Origin: an uncultured Lachnospiraceae bacterium
GTDB lineage: Bacteria > Bacillota > Clostridia > HGM11327
DNA length: 33,496 bases
Direction: 5' to 3'
Assembly (NCBI GenBank): GCA_964403405.1
Contig: CAYOGO010000001.1
Span: 1-33,496 of the forward strand
Shown one piece after another: positions 1 through 8,303 of the stretch (its first letter is position 1; each line of letters starts with the position of its first letter). The notes under the pieces are model-generated. The model did not search any database, had not been told where the DNA came from, and saw nothing but the letters and a program-made list of their open reading frames with translations. A program made the position numbers and the translations under genes.

Positions 1-49
1 ATCTGAATGTTTCCGTTTGCATCTACATTTCTTGGCGGCATACACCCTC

Positions 50-409
50 CTATACTATCCAAAAGGTTGTCTTTGCGACAATCTCTGGATCTTCCCATTT
101 GGTGTATTCGTTCCAGTCTTGAATGATTTGCCGAAAAAATCGCATTGTTCCGCTGATTGTACCCCATCCGTTAGGAGCTTCGTACTGCTTGTATTTTTCG
201 GGATGAGCGATTAACTCGCTCAAACCCTTTTGTATAGCAGGAATAATATCAATGCAATAACCATTGTTCGCCTCATTTATCCAAGGAAGCCCTGTAGATT
301 CTTCAATCATCTTACGGACATTCCACGTTATATTTGCATCGCAGCTACCAACATCAACATACTTGTCTATACCGTCAACCTTAACTCTAAACGAGATGTC
401 ATAACTCAT
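50..409 (-). CDS. hypothetical protein (119 aa)
   Basis: Minus-strand ORF in a tight gene train. The ATG at 409 (MSYDISF...) follows a GAAGGAAGAAG SD-like run. The longer start at 469 would overlap the upstream gene by ~70 nt. Confidence 0.6.
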   Translation of the reverse strand: MSYDISFRVKVDGIDKYVDVGSCDANITWNVRKMIEESTGLPWINEANNGYCIDIIPAIQKGLSELIAHPEKYKQYEAPNGWGTISGTMRFFRQIIQDWNEYTKWEDPEIVAKTTFWIV

Positions 410-743
410 CGTCTTCTTCCTTCTCGTCCTCATAGAGTTCGAGTTTGCGGTCGTTCTCAAAGAGAGCAAGACGAATTTCGCTCAACTTATAGTAATGAAT
501 CATACCGTAGATTTTCCCATCGTCTCCGATTGTTCTTAAACCAAGCAACCATTCGCCATCACCAAGGTCAATTGCCTCTTCGATCTGGCACAATTCATAG
601 TGAGTGTCTTCGTACACACTTTCATCCATAAAAGCGTGTTGCTGCTCATATGGAGTGAAAGTCTTTTTGTATACGAGATATCTATACAGTCTGTCTCCAT
701 AGTCGAGAAGCCAAGTTTCAAAATCAGTGATTACATTAGCCAT
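399..743 (-). CDS. hypothetical acidic protein (114 aa)
   Basis: ORF whose ATG is nested in the stop region of the upstream gene (GATGGCTAA), suggesting translational coupling. Confidence 0.65.
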   Translation of the reverse strand: MANVITDFETWLLDYGDRLYRYLVYKKTFTPYEQQHAFMDESVYEDTHYELCQIEEAIDLGDGEWLLGLRTIGDDGKIYGMIHYYKLSEIRLALFENDRKLELYEDEKEEDDEL

Positions 744-1242
744 CCGACATTTCCTTTCTCATCGAGTATTCAATGATTGGTTCGGAAACATAACAAGATA
801 GGTCGCAGGATACTTTAACCGCTTCTTTCGGCGTGTGACCAAGATAAAGTGCAGCGTTAGCAAATTGCTCTCCGGCTCCGATTGCAATATAGTCCGAAAT
901 CTCGTGTACGAACATATATTCGATCTCAAACAAATGTCCTTGGTAGATTAACAGATAACTGTTTTCTACTTGACTATTTCCGACCGTGCCTTGCTTCCAT
1001 TGTGAAAATTCGACGATGAAACTTAGCACATCCTTCTCTGTTGGAGATGCGGGTTTGTGTGTCTGCATATAGTGCCACATTAAACTGATTTCTTGCGCAT
1101 ATCCAACACCGCCAACAATCATTCCGTTAATTCCTGCAATCTTCGCAAAATTAGAATTGCGCTTTGACCATCCTTTAACCAGAATTGAATCTGCCGCCAT
1201 TACGACTTTGTCTTCAAAAACTTTAGCTGCTACTACACTCAT
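736..1242 (-). CDS. HslV / proteasome-beta-like Ntn-hydrolase peptidase
   Basis: From MSVVAAKVFEDKVVMAADS the sequence aligns by eye with the HslV N-terminus (TTIVAVRKDGKVVIAGDGQV). YIAIGAGEQFANAALYL matches LIAIGSGGPYAQAAARAL. The putative nucleophile is Ser2 rather than Thr. Start chosen at the internal Met (1242). Confidence 0.55.
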   Translation of the reverse strand: MSVVAAKVFEDKVVMAADSILVKGWSKRNSNFAKIAGINGMIVGGVGYAQEISLMWHYMQTHKPASPTEKDVLSFIVEFSQWKQGTVGNSQVENSYLLIYQGHLFEIEYMFVHEISDYIAIGAGEQFANAALYLGHTPKEAVKVSCDLSCYVSEPIIEYSMRKEMSDG

Positions 1243-1843
1243 TTGCTTTCTCCTTGTCAGAAGTCCACTCACTCTGAACTCCCATAGTCATTTTTCGATG
1301 TGTTTCATAATTTGCAAGAACTTCCTCGAATGTTACGGGCTCATAGTTTTGAACCATAACCCCGACATTATAAGCATTACACTTTACGTCGAGTTGCTCA
1401 AGTTCGTATCTGTAATTATCGGTCATTTGCCATTCGTGAGAGTTGTGAACGTGACCATAGAACATATAGGCACCGTAGTGGTGTCTGTTGAAGAAAATAA
1501 TTGGGTAATGACAAAGAACAATTTTGTTTCCGTTAAGAGAAATTTCTTTGTAATCTGTGATTTCCTCAAATACCTTTCTCACCTTGCCGTGAACTCTGTC
1601 GTGATTGCCTTTAATCAGGATTTTATGACCGTTCAATCCGGCAAAAATTTCAGTCGTCTTTTCGTCGTTATACCAACTGATATCACCGAGCACATAAACC
1701 GTGTCGTCTTCGGACACTTTTCTATTCCAATTTTCAATCAGAGTTCTGTCCATTTCCTCGATGGAAAAGAACGGTCTGTTATCAAACCGAATAATGTTTT
1801 TGTGGCCAAAATGAAGGTCGCTCGTGAAGAAAACATTAGGCAT
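1223..1843 (-). CDS. calcineurin-like metallophosphoesterase
   Basis: Motifs SDLHFGH, VLGDISW, GNHD and GHVH occur in the canonical order. Confidence 0.85.
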   Translation of the reverse strand: MPNVFFTSDLHFGHKNIIRFDNRPFFSIEEMDRTLIENWNRKVSEDDTVYVLGDISWYNDEKTTEIFAGLNGHKILIKGNHDRVHGKVRKVFEEITDYKEISLNGNKIVLCHYPIIFFNRHHYGAYMFYGHVHNSHEWQMTDNYRYELEQLDVKCNAYNVGVMVQNYEPVTFEEVLANYETHRKMTMGVQSEWTSDKEKANECSSS

Positions 1844-1844
1844 T

Positions 1845-2240
1845 TCACTTTACCTCGCTTTCTACATAGTCTTCAGGAAGATCTGCGCGCTCCGCTTCTT
1901 CGTACAAATCAAGTTTACACCACTTGAGAGCATTACTGAAGTTAGTGCTCAAGCCGTGATCTTCGTGACAAGCCCAACAAAAAGCCCGTCGCATAATCGT
2001 CAAGCTGTGCTTGTTTGGATGTTTAACGTATCTACCGAGATGAAGCCAAAACAAATCTGCGAAATCTCCATAATCCCACCCTTTGAAGTCGTCCGCTCTC
2101 TTTGTTTCGTCTCCGCGCTTCTCAACTTCGGCAAAGTGTTCTTTCTCGTCGCAGTCATCGCAAATAGGTTCGTAGCTTCCACTTGCTTTGTTATATCTGG
2201 AGGTGCTTGTGTGACCTCCGCATACTCTACAAACTGACAT
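1845..2240 (-). CDS. hypothetical Cys-rich (zinc-ribbon-like) protein
   Basis: 131-aa ORF with CRVCGG...CDDCDEK. The start lies 15-35 nt downstream of a copy of the conserved 19-nt motif and has an AAAGGAAC SD. Confidence 0.65.
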   Translation of the reverse strand: MSVCRVCGGHTSTSRYNKASGSYEPICDDCDEKEHFAEVEKRGDETKRADDFKGWDYGDFADLFWLHLGRYVKHPNKHSLTIMRRAFCWACHEDHGLSTNFSNALKWCKLDLYEEAERADLPEDYVESEVK

Positions 2241-2254
2241 ATTTCGTTCCTTTC

Positions 2255-2273
2255 GTTGTCTAAAAGTGTTTTA
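2255..2273 (-). promoter_or_regulatory. conserved 19-nt motif TAAAACACTTTTAGACAAC, copy 1
   Basis: Minus-strand read TAAAACACTTTTAGACAAC sits 14 nt upstream of the ATG at 2240. Near-identical copies are at 29404, 30220 and 30614. Confidence 0.5.
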
Positions 2274-2287
2274 CTCTTTTGTTTTTG

Positions 2288-2313
2288 AAGGCGTACATTC
2301 AAGTACGCCTTCT
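2288..2313. terminator. 10-bp GC-rich stem-loop (possible terminator)
   Basis: GAAGGCGTAC-attcaa-GTACGCCTTC lies directly after the stop of the 2314-2940 gene. The T-run is only on the plus-strand side, so directionality is unclear. Confidence 0.35.
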
Positions 2314-2940
2314 TTAGAGCCTGATAATATGTTTATCTCCAAAAGCGATCTTTGTTATTTTCCCCGTTTTTACAACCCTCACAGTATGCTGTAATTTGTC
2401 GTAATCCAGAGCAATAACCTCGCAAGTACCAAGACCCGGATAAGAAATATATCTACCAACATCAACCGCCTCAATCTTTTTCATAGACAAGTCAAGATAT
2501 CTCTCATATTGCCAATTTGTTTTTGGCAGGTTGTCGTAAATATATTCTTCGCATTTCTGCTCGAATTCTTCTCGAGTAGAAAAATCTATCCCAGCCTTTT
2601 TGGTATCACGATGAAAGTCTTCCCGCAATCCTTTAACAGCCGTGCTATCGAATCTTTGTTCGTCGTACACATCAACATTGGATCCACTGACTCTATAGGC
2701 GCTTTTGGGAATACAAGGTTCGTAGCCATTGGCAGATAGGTCGTTTTGCATAAGCTCAATTGCTTCGTCAAAATCGTGACCATCATCGACATATTTTTTA
2801 ACAAGCTCGCACTCTAACTTTGCGTTAGTTCGCCGTATCGACGCAGTATATTCTCGTTGCTTTCTATCGTTTTCTTTATTGAAACCTTTGGCACTCAAAA
2901 ATACAACGACGATAACCAATACCGCAATAATTAACGGCAC
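2314..2940 (-). CDS. N-terminally membrane-anchored hypothetical protein (208 aa)
   Basis: ORF with a hydrophobic N-terminus, MPLIIAVLVIVVVFLSA. Its 5' 249 nt lie inside copy 1 of the tandem duplication. Confidence 0.7.
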   Translation of the reverse strand: MPLIIAVLVIVVVFLSAKGFNKENDRKQREYTASIRRTNAKLECELVKKYVDDGHDFDEAIELMQNDLSANGYEPCIPKSAYRVSGSNVDVYDEQRFDSTAVKGLREDFHRDTKKAGIDFSTREEFEQKCEEYIYDNLPKTNWQYERYLDLSMKKIEAVDVGRYISYPGLGTCEVIALDYDKLQHTVRVVKTGKITKIAFGDKHIIRL

Positions 2941-3389
2941 TACTGATCACCAACCTCTCCGTCTGGATAAAAGATATTTTTCCATTTTTCGTACATTACT
3001 TTATACCAGAACGCAGCGTGTCTGTCACATCCTACGATGTTCTATAGGCGCTTTTGGGAATACAAGGTTCGTAGCCATTGGCAGATAGGTCGTTTTGCAT
3101 AAGCTCAATTGCTTCGTCAAAATCGTGACCATCATCGACATATTTTTTAACAAGCTCGCACTCTAACTTTGCGTTAGTTCGCCGTATCGACGCAGTATAT
3201 TCTCGTTGCTTTCTATCGTTTTCTTTATTGAAACCTTTGGCACTCAAAAATACAACGACGATAACCAATACCGCAATAATTAACGGCACTACTGATCACC
3301 AACCTCTCCGTCTGGATAAAAGATATTTTTCCATTTTTCGTACATTACTTTATACCAGAACGCAGCGTGTCTGTCACATCCTACGATGT
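2692..3389. repeat. perfect tandem direct duplication, 2 x 349 bp
   Basis: 2692-3040 repeats at 3041-3389 (offset 349) with no mismatch seen by eye. A 3-nt microhomology (tct) sits at the junctions. Confidence 0.9.
3032..3289 (-). pseudogene. duplicated 5' fragment of the 2314-2940 gene (85-aa truncated copy)
   Basis: The first 83 aa are identical to the 208-aa protein. The ORF ends where the duplication junction changes the sequence. Confidence 0.7.
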
Positions 3390-4200
3390 TCTTGACGGCT
3401 ACGGTTAAAGCTCGAGAGTCTTGCTCTCCGCTCTCCAACATTCTGCAAAACGCTCCATTGTTTTGCAACGCTCTGGTACTAAGTCTGTGTCCGAATTGAT
3501 CAATAGCAACCACATTAAATCTCTTGACTGCCTGTGAAACTTTGTCTTTATCCATCTGGATAGATCTTGACGCCCGCATTAGGTATGGAGAATATTCATA
3601 CACTTGACGCTTCCCTGTTGGAAATCCACGATGCATATCTAACTCTGCGAACCTATGCAAAATGTTAAAATATTCAGTTGGTAGTACGATTGGCTCTCTG
3701 TTACGGAAAAGAACCGTCTTGTCGGCAACCGCGAGGTCGCTCTTTCTAATCTCTACCATTTCGGAGCGTTCAAGTCCGTGCCAACTTAATATGACAATTG
3801 ACTTAATCATCAGAAGGTCGTCTTCTTCATCAAGACCGCACCGTCTTCCGACGGCTCTAACGAAATCCAAAGCTCCGTCGAGATTGCTAAAATAGCAACT
3901 TCTGATTTCCTCGTCTGATATAACATCATCCATAGTAAGAGATGCGACGTATTCTCGTTGTTCTTGTGTCACTTTCCCAAGCTCAAAGAGCCAGTCATAC
4001 AATTCTTTGACATATTTCTTCATACGGAAGAATTGAGCCTTGCTAATCTTATCTGTGATATAGAAAAGTTCACAAGCTCTTGAATTATGTCTAAAATTAT
4101 CGTCGGCAAATACCTCTTCGATTTTTTTAATAATAATCTCAAGGCACTCTTCTTTCGGGAATTTGGCTTCACATCGCCTCAAAAACGGTTCAAAATCCAT
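3289..4200 (-). CDS. tyrosine-recombinase-like protein (divergent phage integrase family)
   Basis: ILSWHGLERSEMVEIRKSDL resembles the Arg-I box, and GHRLSTRAL and CDRHAAFWY resemble the HxxR and H..Y boxes. The match is weak. Confidence 0.45.
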   Translation of the reverse strand: MDFEPFLRRCEAKFPKEECLEIIIKKIEEVFADDNFRHNSRACELFYITDKISKAQFFRMKKYVKELYDWLFELGKVTQEQREYVASLTMDDVISDEEIRSCYFSNLDGALDFVRAVGRRCGLDEEDDLLMIKSIVILSWHGLERSEMVEIRKSDLAVADKTVLFRNREPIVLPTEYFNILHRFAELDMHRGFPTGKRQVYEYSPYLMRASRSIQMDKDKVSQAVKRFNVVAIDQFGHRLSTRALQNNGAFCRMLESGEQDSRALTVAVKNIVGCDRHAAFWYKVMYEKWKNIFYPDGEVGDQ

Positions 4201-4228
4201 AGCAGTATACCCCCAGTTTTAATAATTA

Positions 4229-4247
4229 TAGCACAGATTTAGACAAC
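4229..4247 (+). promoter_or_regulatory. plus-orientation degenerate copy of the 19-nt motif
   Basis: TAGCACAGATTTAGACAAC on the plus strand, between the 4200 start and the 4250 stop. It shares CA..TTTAGACAAC with the minus-strand copies. Confidence 0.3.
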
Positions 4248-4249
4248 CG

Positions 4250-4621
4250 TCAAGCATTATTAAGAATGTTTTTGAACTTTTCGATGTCTTCCTTTGTGTA
4301 TGTATAAGGGGTACTTATGTTATCGGAGATAAGTCGTCGTTTGCTCATTCTCTCTCCGCTAATAAGATTGTAGGCTCCGCCAATAATGGTGTCGCCTTCG
4401 ATATCGAAAAACACCGTCATATTTTCGATATCTTTATAGCCAGATAGATAATCTCGGTTCAATACATAAAAGAACTTTGATTCATCTTCTTTACTATGCA
4501 CCGAAGATTGTCGGTCATAGTAGACGGTTCCGTCTGGTGCTCGTCTTAAGTAACGAGCAAGTACATCGGGCGAATATTCGATAAGTGCTTGGGTAAATTT
4601 CTTACGCTGAGATATGTTCAT
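4250..4621 (-). CDS. hypothetical protein (123 aa)
   Basis: ORF whose ATG overlaps the integrase stop by 4 nt (coupled). Confidence 0.65.
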   Translation of the reverse strand: MNISQRKKFTQALIEYSPDVLARYLRRAPDGTVYYDRQSSVHSKEDESKFFYVLNRDYLSGYKDIENMTVFFDIEGDTIIGGAYNLISGERMSKRRLISDNISTPYTYTKEDIEKFKNILNNA

Positions 4622-5604
4622 TGGTCTGTTCCCTTCTCGGTGAGTAATTTTCCTATTGCGTCCAACCGCTCAAACACATCGTCAACTGTATATTGATTTC
4701 CTGCAATGATTTCGTTGACATTAGTTTTACCAAGAACAAAATCACTCACGGCAATTCTTGCTTTATCAAACATTATTTGATACGAGCCGAGATAACTCAT
4801 AGTCACTCTTTGATCGCTGTGATTAAGAAGTCCTTGAACCTTAGTAATTGCATTCATATCAATACAGGACTTGTCCACACAAGCGGCGATGTTTGCAAAG
4901 GACTTTCTCATCGTGTGGGATCCAATGACAAGCGGTAAGTTAAGAGCCTTACCTGCTTCTGATAAGATACGCCAACCACACTCTTCATACATTTTACCCT
5001 TGGTTTTACGGCTTGGAAAGAGAAAACCATTCAAATCAAACTCCCATTTGATTGAGTCCAAATACCTCGTCATAGCGTCAATTACAGACTCTGTAATGAG
5101 GATGTTGTTGAGTTTTCCTGTTTTCTGCTCGTAAATCTGAATTCTGGGCTTAAATGTTTTTTTGTCGTTGTCGATTATGTTACCAAACCGTAACGACAAA
5201 AGGTCTGATATACGCAACCCGAGGCTAACTCCGATAGTCCACATAGCCCAATCTCGAACTCTCCCAGCATCCAAATAATACTGTTGGATTGCTTTGAAAT
5301 CGTCATATGAACGGATTGCATCGGCGGCGTGAGCCTTGCGCTTACCGTCCGACTTGAAATCCGTATATGCGTTTGTGTCTATGGTGACCTCTCGTCGCTT
5401 TCGTCGTTTTTTAACAGGTTCTTGGGGTGCTTCTGGCAATTTCCCAAACCGTTCTTCAAGACGCTCTCTTATTCCCTGCTCGTACTCGAGTTGAATAGTG
5501 AGCCGTTTAATCTCTGCGTCTCTTTTTTTCAGTTCTCGATTCAATGCCTGAATCTGCATCAGATATACTTCTGGTGTTAGTACAACCTGAATATCCTCGT
5601 GCAT
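4618..5604 (-). CDS. int: site-specific tyrosine integrase
   Basis: GLRISDLLSL (Arg-I), GSHTMRKSFA (HxxR) and LLNHSDQRVTMSYLG (H...Y) are present. The ATG at 5604 lies 8 nt after GGAGAGGAG; the track's 5613 start is a GTG. Confidence 0.9.
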   Translation of the reverse strand: MHEDIQVVLTPEVYLMQIQALNRELKKRDAEIKRLTIQLEYEQGIRERLEERFGKLPEAPQEPVKKRRKRREVTIDTNAYTDFKSDGKRKAHAADAIRSYDDFKAIQQYYLDAGRVRDWAMWTIGVSLGLRISDLLSLRFGNIIDNDKKTFKPRIQIYEQKTGKLNNILITESVIDAMTRYLDSIKWEFDLNGFLFPSRKTKGKMYEECGWRILSEAGKALNLPLVIGSHTMRKSFANIAACVDKSCIDMNAITKVQGLLNHSDQRVTMSYLGSYQIMFDKARIAVSDFVLGKTNVNEIIAGNQYTVDDVFERLDAIGKLLTEKGTDQ

Positions 5605-5636
5605 TTTTATCACTCCTCTCCTATATTATACTACTT

Positions 5637-5858
5637 TTAGCGACAATTGTCACTATCTTCCTTTTGTTCGTCCGTCTGTTCACCACTTATCATATCTTCA
5701 AATGCGTACAATTGGTTAAATATCGCACCGAGCATTGGACAATGGATACAATCTGGAACTCCGTTATGTATGCGGCACCTTTCGGTGCCGAAGTTTACAC
5801 AAGTGACGCAATCGCGTCCATCTTGGTCTTTTACAATCTTCGTCAGTCTTGTGTACAT
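5637..5858 (-). CDS. hypothetical Cys-rich protein (73 aa)
   Basis: ORF with CVTC...C..H...C.HC spacing. It overlaps the mazF 3' end by 16 nt. Confidence 0.5.
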   Translation of the reverse strand: MYTRLTKIVKDQDGRDCVTCVNFGTERCRIHNGVPDCIHCPMLGAIFNQLYAFEDMISGEQTDEQKEDSDNCR

Positions 5859-6208
5859 ATCACGTCCGTCCTTATTCCAAACGATACCAGAATCTTCTGG
5901 TTAATGTCTTCGAGCTTTTCCAAATTTCTGACCTCCCCAAGTTTTCTCTTTATGCGTGTTTTGTCTATGACACGAACCTGTTCGCACAGCACCGTACTCT
6001 CTTTGATTACTCCGGCGTCTTCCGGCGTCAGATTTACGTGGGTCGCTGCCATACTTTTTTGCTTTGATGTAAGCGGGCATACAATCGTGGTTGGCGAATG
6101 TATGTTGCCCATTTCGTTCTGAACAACAACGGCAGGTCGTACACCGCTTTGTTCCGAACCAACTTGATTGCTTAAGTCGATCAAGTAAATTTCTCCACGA
6201 TGTATCAT
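5843..6208 (-). CDS. mazF: MazF/PemK-family endoribonuclease toxin
   Basis: RGEIYLIDLSNQVGSEQSGVRPAVVVQN...ICPLTS...VLCEQVRVIDKTRI is the classic MazF/PemK pattern. A GGGAG SD precedes the ATG. Confidence 0.9.
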   Translation of the reverse strand: MIHRGEIYLIDLSNQVGSEQSGVRPAVVVQNEMGNIHSPTTIVCPLTSKQKSMAATHVNLTPEDAGVIKESTVLCEQVRVIDKTRIKRKLGEVRNLEKLEDINQKILVSFGIRTDVICTQD

Positions 6209-6228
6209 AATTTTCTCCCGCCTTAGCG

Positions 6229-6456
6229 TTAAATAGCCTCCTCGATAGAACTAATAGCCTCATCAATGGAGTCAATCGCTGCATCCATCGCCTCGCTACA
6301 TTCTTCCGAGCGTTCGTATCTTTCGGAGTATGCCAAGTTCTCTGGCATATTGTCTCGATTCTCGTCTTCTTCGTCGCGAATTGCAACGACTTCTTCACGA
6401 GCATCGTTCAACTTGTTTCTTACTGCTCTGAGTCGAGCGCGTCTGTCCTTGTTCAT
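6229..6456 (-). CDS. small acidic helical protein (75 aa), candidate non-canonical antitoxin
   Basis: The ORF ends 20 nt upstream of mazF. It shows no AbrB/SpoVT or RHH-like MazE pattern and has the acidic helix DEEDENRDNMPENLAYSERYERSEE. Confidence 0.55.
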   Translation of the reverse strand: MNKDRRARLRAVRNKLNDAREEVVAIRDEEDENRDNMPENLAYSERYERSEECSEAMDAAIDSIDEAISSIEEAI

Positions 6457-6491
6457 ATGTTTACCTCCTTTCCGTCGTAATGATTAGGAGT

Positions 6492-6962
6492 TCAAAACAT
6501 AGGAATGAGTTCTTCCTTTTCCGCTTCCTCTTTAGAATCTTCTTTAAGGAATTGCATTCCGTCTGCAAGACGCTTAAAATATTTCCACACTCCATTGGAA
6601 TAGATGTACACATAAGCAACACATCCAGAATCAAGTTCTTTAAGTGTGTATACTTGTGCTTTCGTGTCGGTATCTCCTCTGTCGCGTCCGTAAGCAAGGG
6701 TTACGCCCTCTTGTCTGTTGGGGACGAACTTGCCATTGACTTCGGAATAACCAAAGTTGTGTGGCTTTTCTGGGTCTGGATCAATCCATTTATCAAGGAC
6801 TGAAATATCTCCGAGATCCAGAAGCTGATCGATTTTTTCGGGATAGCCATAATAAGTAAGAAGTGTCTGTCCCACTCCTTCTGGATAACCATCGGAATGA
6901 CAGTAAATCGTTCTGTACTTACCAGCTCCTGCCTGTTTTGCAATATAACATCTTGTTGACAT
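6492..6962 (-). CDS. hypothetical protein (156 aa)
   Basis: ATG at 6962 with a GAGGAA SD 3 nt upstream. The track's longer start overlaps the upstream gene. Confidence 0.65.
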   Translation of the reverse strand: MSTRCYIAKQAGAGKYRTIYCHSDGYPEGVGQTLLTYYGYPEKIDQLLDLGDISVLDKWIDPDPEKPHNFGYSEVNGKFVPNRQEGVTLAYGRDRGDTDTKAQVYTLKELDSGCVAYVYIYSNGVWKYFKRLADGMQFLKEDSKEEAEKEELIPMF

Positions 6963-6969
6963 AGATTCC

Positions 6970-7749
6970 TCACATTCTGTCATATTTAACTGCCACAATT
7001 TTGCCGTCCACCTTTGCGAATTTTTCCGGGAATAAAAACTTCTGCTTATACCTTGTTTGTTGTTCTTCCGACAAACTAAGGATGTTGTTTTCACAATGAG
7101 AAACGATAAGCGTGATATGTTCCACGCCTCGTTCTCTTAGAGCTTTTGCCGCAGCCACAAAAGTTCCGCCGTAGCTACAAATGTCATCACGAATAACAAC
7201 TCTTTTTGTGCCTTCCTCGAACCCCATAATCTCATACGATTCGATACGACCTTCCGCGTTGCGCCGCTTGTTTCCGATAATTTCGGGAAGACCACATCTG
7301 GCATACTTTTTAGCCGCCCCGGCATCTGGGAACATAATCGCATCCGCTCCTTCTGTTGCCTCATAACTCAGAGCATCCTCATAGTTAATAAGACATCTAT
7401 CAAGCAGTGCGGTGCTAACGTCGGAATGAGGGTCGAGCACTACGACTATTGAAAAATTGAGAGAGTTGATAATCTCGGCAAATGATTTGAGCGTAAACAA
7501 TCGTCCGCTTACATTTCTATCCTGACGAGCGTGAGGGATGTACGGCATATTCAGAATGTTTTTGGCGTGAGGCATTCTGTTCTGAATATCTCTTGTTATA
7601 CAATACAAAGCAAACAACTCTGCGTCGTTGTCATACATCCAACAAATTTCGTTATGTTCGTAAATATACTGTCCCGAGATTGCTACACATTTAAGTGTTC
7701 CATCACCAAATGTTTCCTGTGGTATTTCAATTCCGTTAACCGTAATCAT
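6970..7749 (-). CDS. ribose-phosphate pyrophosphokinase (PRPP synthetase)-like enzyme
   Basis: The MPYIPHARQDR, VVLDPHS, FPDAGAAKKY and VVIRDDICSYGGTF motifs of the Prs family are present. At 259 aa it is short. Confidence 0.8.
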   Translation of the reverse strand: MITVNGIEIPQETFGDGTLKCVAISGQYIYEHNEICWMYDNDAELFALYCITRDIQNRMPHAKNILNMPYIPHARQDRNVSGRLFTLKSFAEIINSLNFSIVVVLDPHSDVSTALLDRCLINYEDALSYEATEGADAIMFPDAGAAKKYARCGLPEIIGNKRRNAEGRIESYEIMGFEEGTKRVVIRDDICSYGGTFVAAAKALRERGVEHITLIVSHCENNILSLSEEQQTRYKQKFLFPEKFAKVDGKIVAVKYDRM

Positions 7750-8289
7750 TTACTTCACCTCGATCTGGCACGTTCTCATTACTGTCAAAGCAGCTTCGTG
7801 TGTTTCTGGGGTCACACCCGCACAACAACTTGAATCAACCGCAATATCAAGTTCTGGGTAATGAGCTTTAAGTAGCATCGCGTTAGACACAACGCAGATG
7901 TCAGTACACAAGCCAACAAGTTCGACATACTCGACACAAGAGCCACGAATGATTTCTGGCAATGCTGTGCTGCCGAATGTGCGCTTTGTTAGTGTGCTCA
8001 GAGCAGAACAATGCTCACAAGACTTGTCAATCAATGTTGCCATAATATCCGCATTGATTTTATGTCCGTCGGTATCTTCGATACAGTGAGGAATCGGCAA
8101 AAACTTGCCCTCTCTCGTTTCCATATAGTCCGCACCGTGGGTGTCCATCGTGCAGATTATATCTCCGTCCCAACCAATGATCTTTTCAATCACTTTTGGA
8201 ACAATAGCTTGTGCCTCTTTTGTGCCAAGCGCTCCGTCGATAAAGTCATTTTGCATATCGACGATTATTAACAGTTTCTTATTTGTCAT
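7750..8289 (-). CDS. isochorismatase-family cysteine hydrolase, nicotinamidase (PncA)-like
   Basis: LLIIVDMQNDF (Asp), the DTHG...H metal-site-like stretch and VGLCTDICV (nucleophile Cys) are present. TAAATG junction with the Prs-like gene. Confidence 0.75.
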   Translation of the reverse strand: MTNKKLLIIVDMQNDFIDGALGTKEAQAIVPKVIEKIIGWDGDIICTMDTHGADYMETREGKFLPIPHCIEDTDGHKINADIMATLIDKSCEHCSALSTLTKRTFGSTALPEIIRGSCVEYVELVGLCTDICVVSNAMLLKAHYPELDIAVDSSCCAGVTPETHEAALTVMRTCQIEVK

Positions 8290-8303
8290 ATTGATTCCTC
8301 TCC

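Noticed and set aside
2941-3040. Sequence between the 208-aa gene and the 85-aa fragment as a regulatory spacer
   Set aside because: It is simply the duplicated 3' end of the 3289-4200 gene (identical to 3290-3389), so it is a by-product of the tandem duplication.
5901-6404. 167-aa minus-strand ORF overlapping mazF and the 75-aa gene in another frame
   Set aside because: The product is Arg/Lys-rich low-complexity. It overlaps a confidently identified MazF ORF and has no SD.
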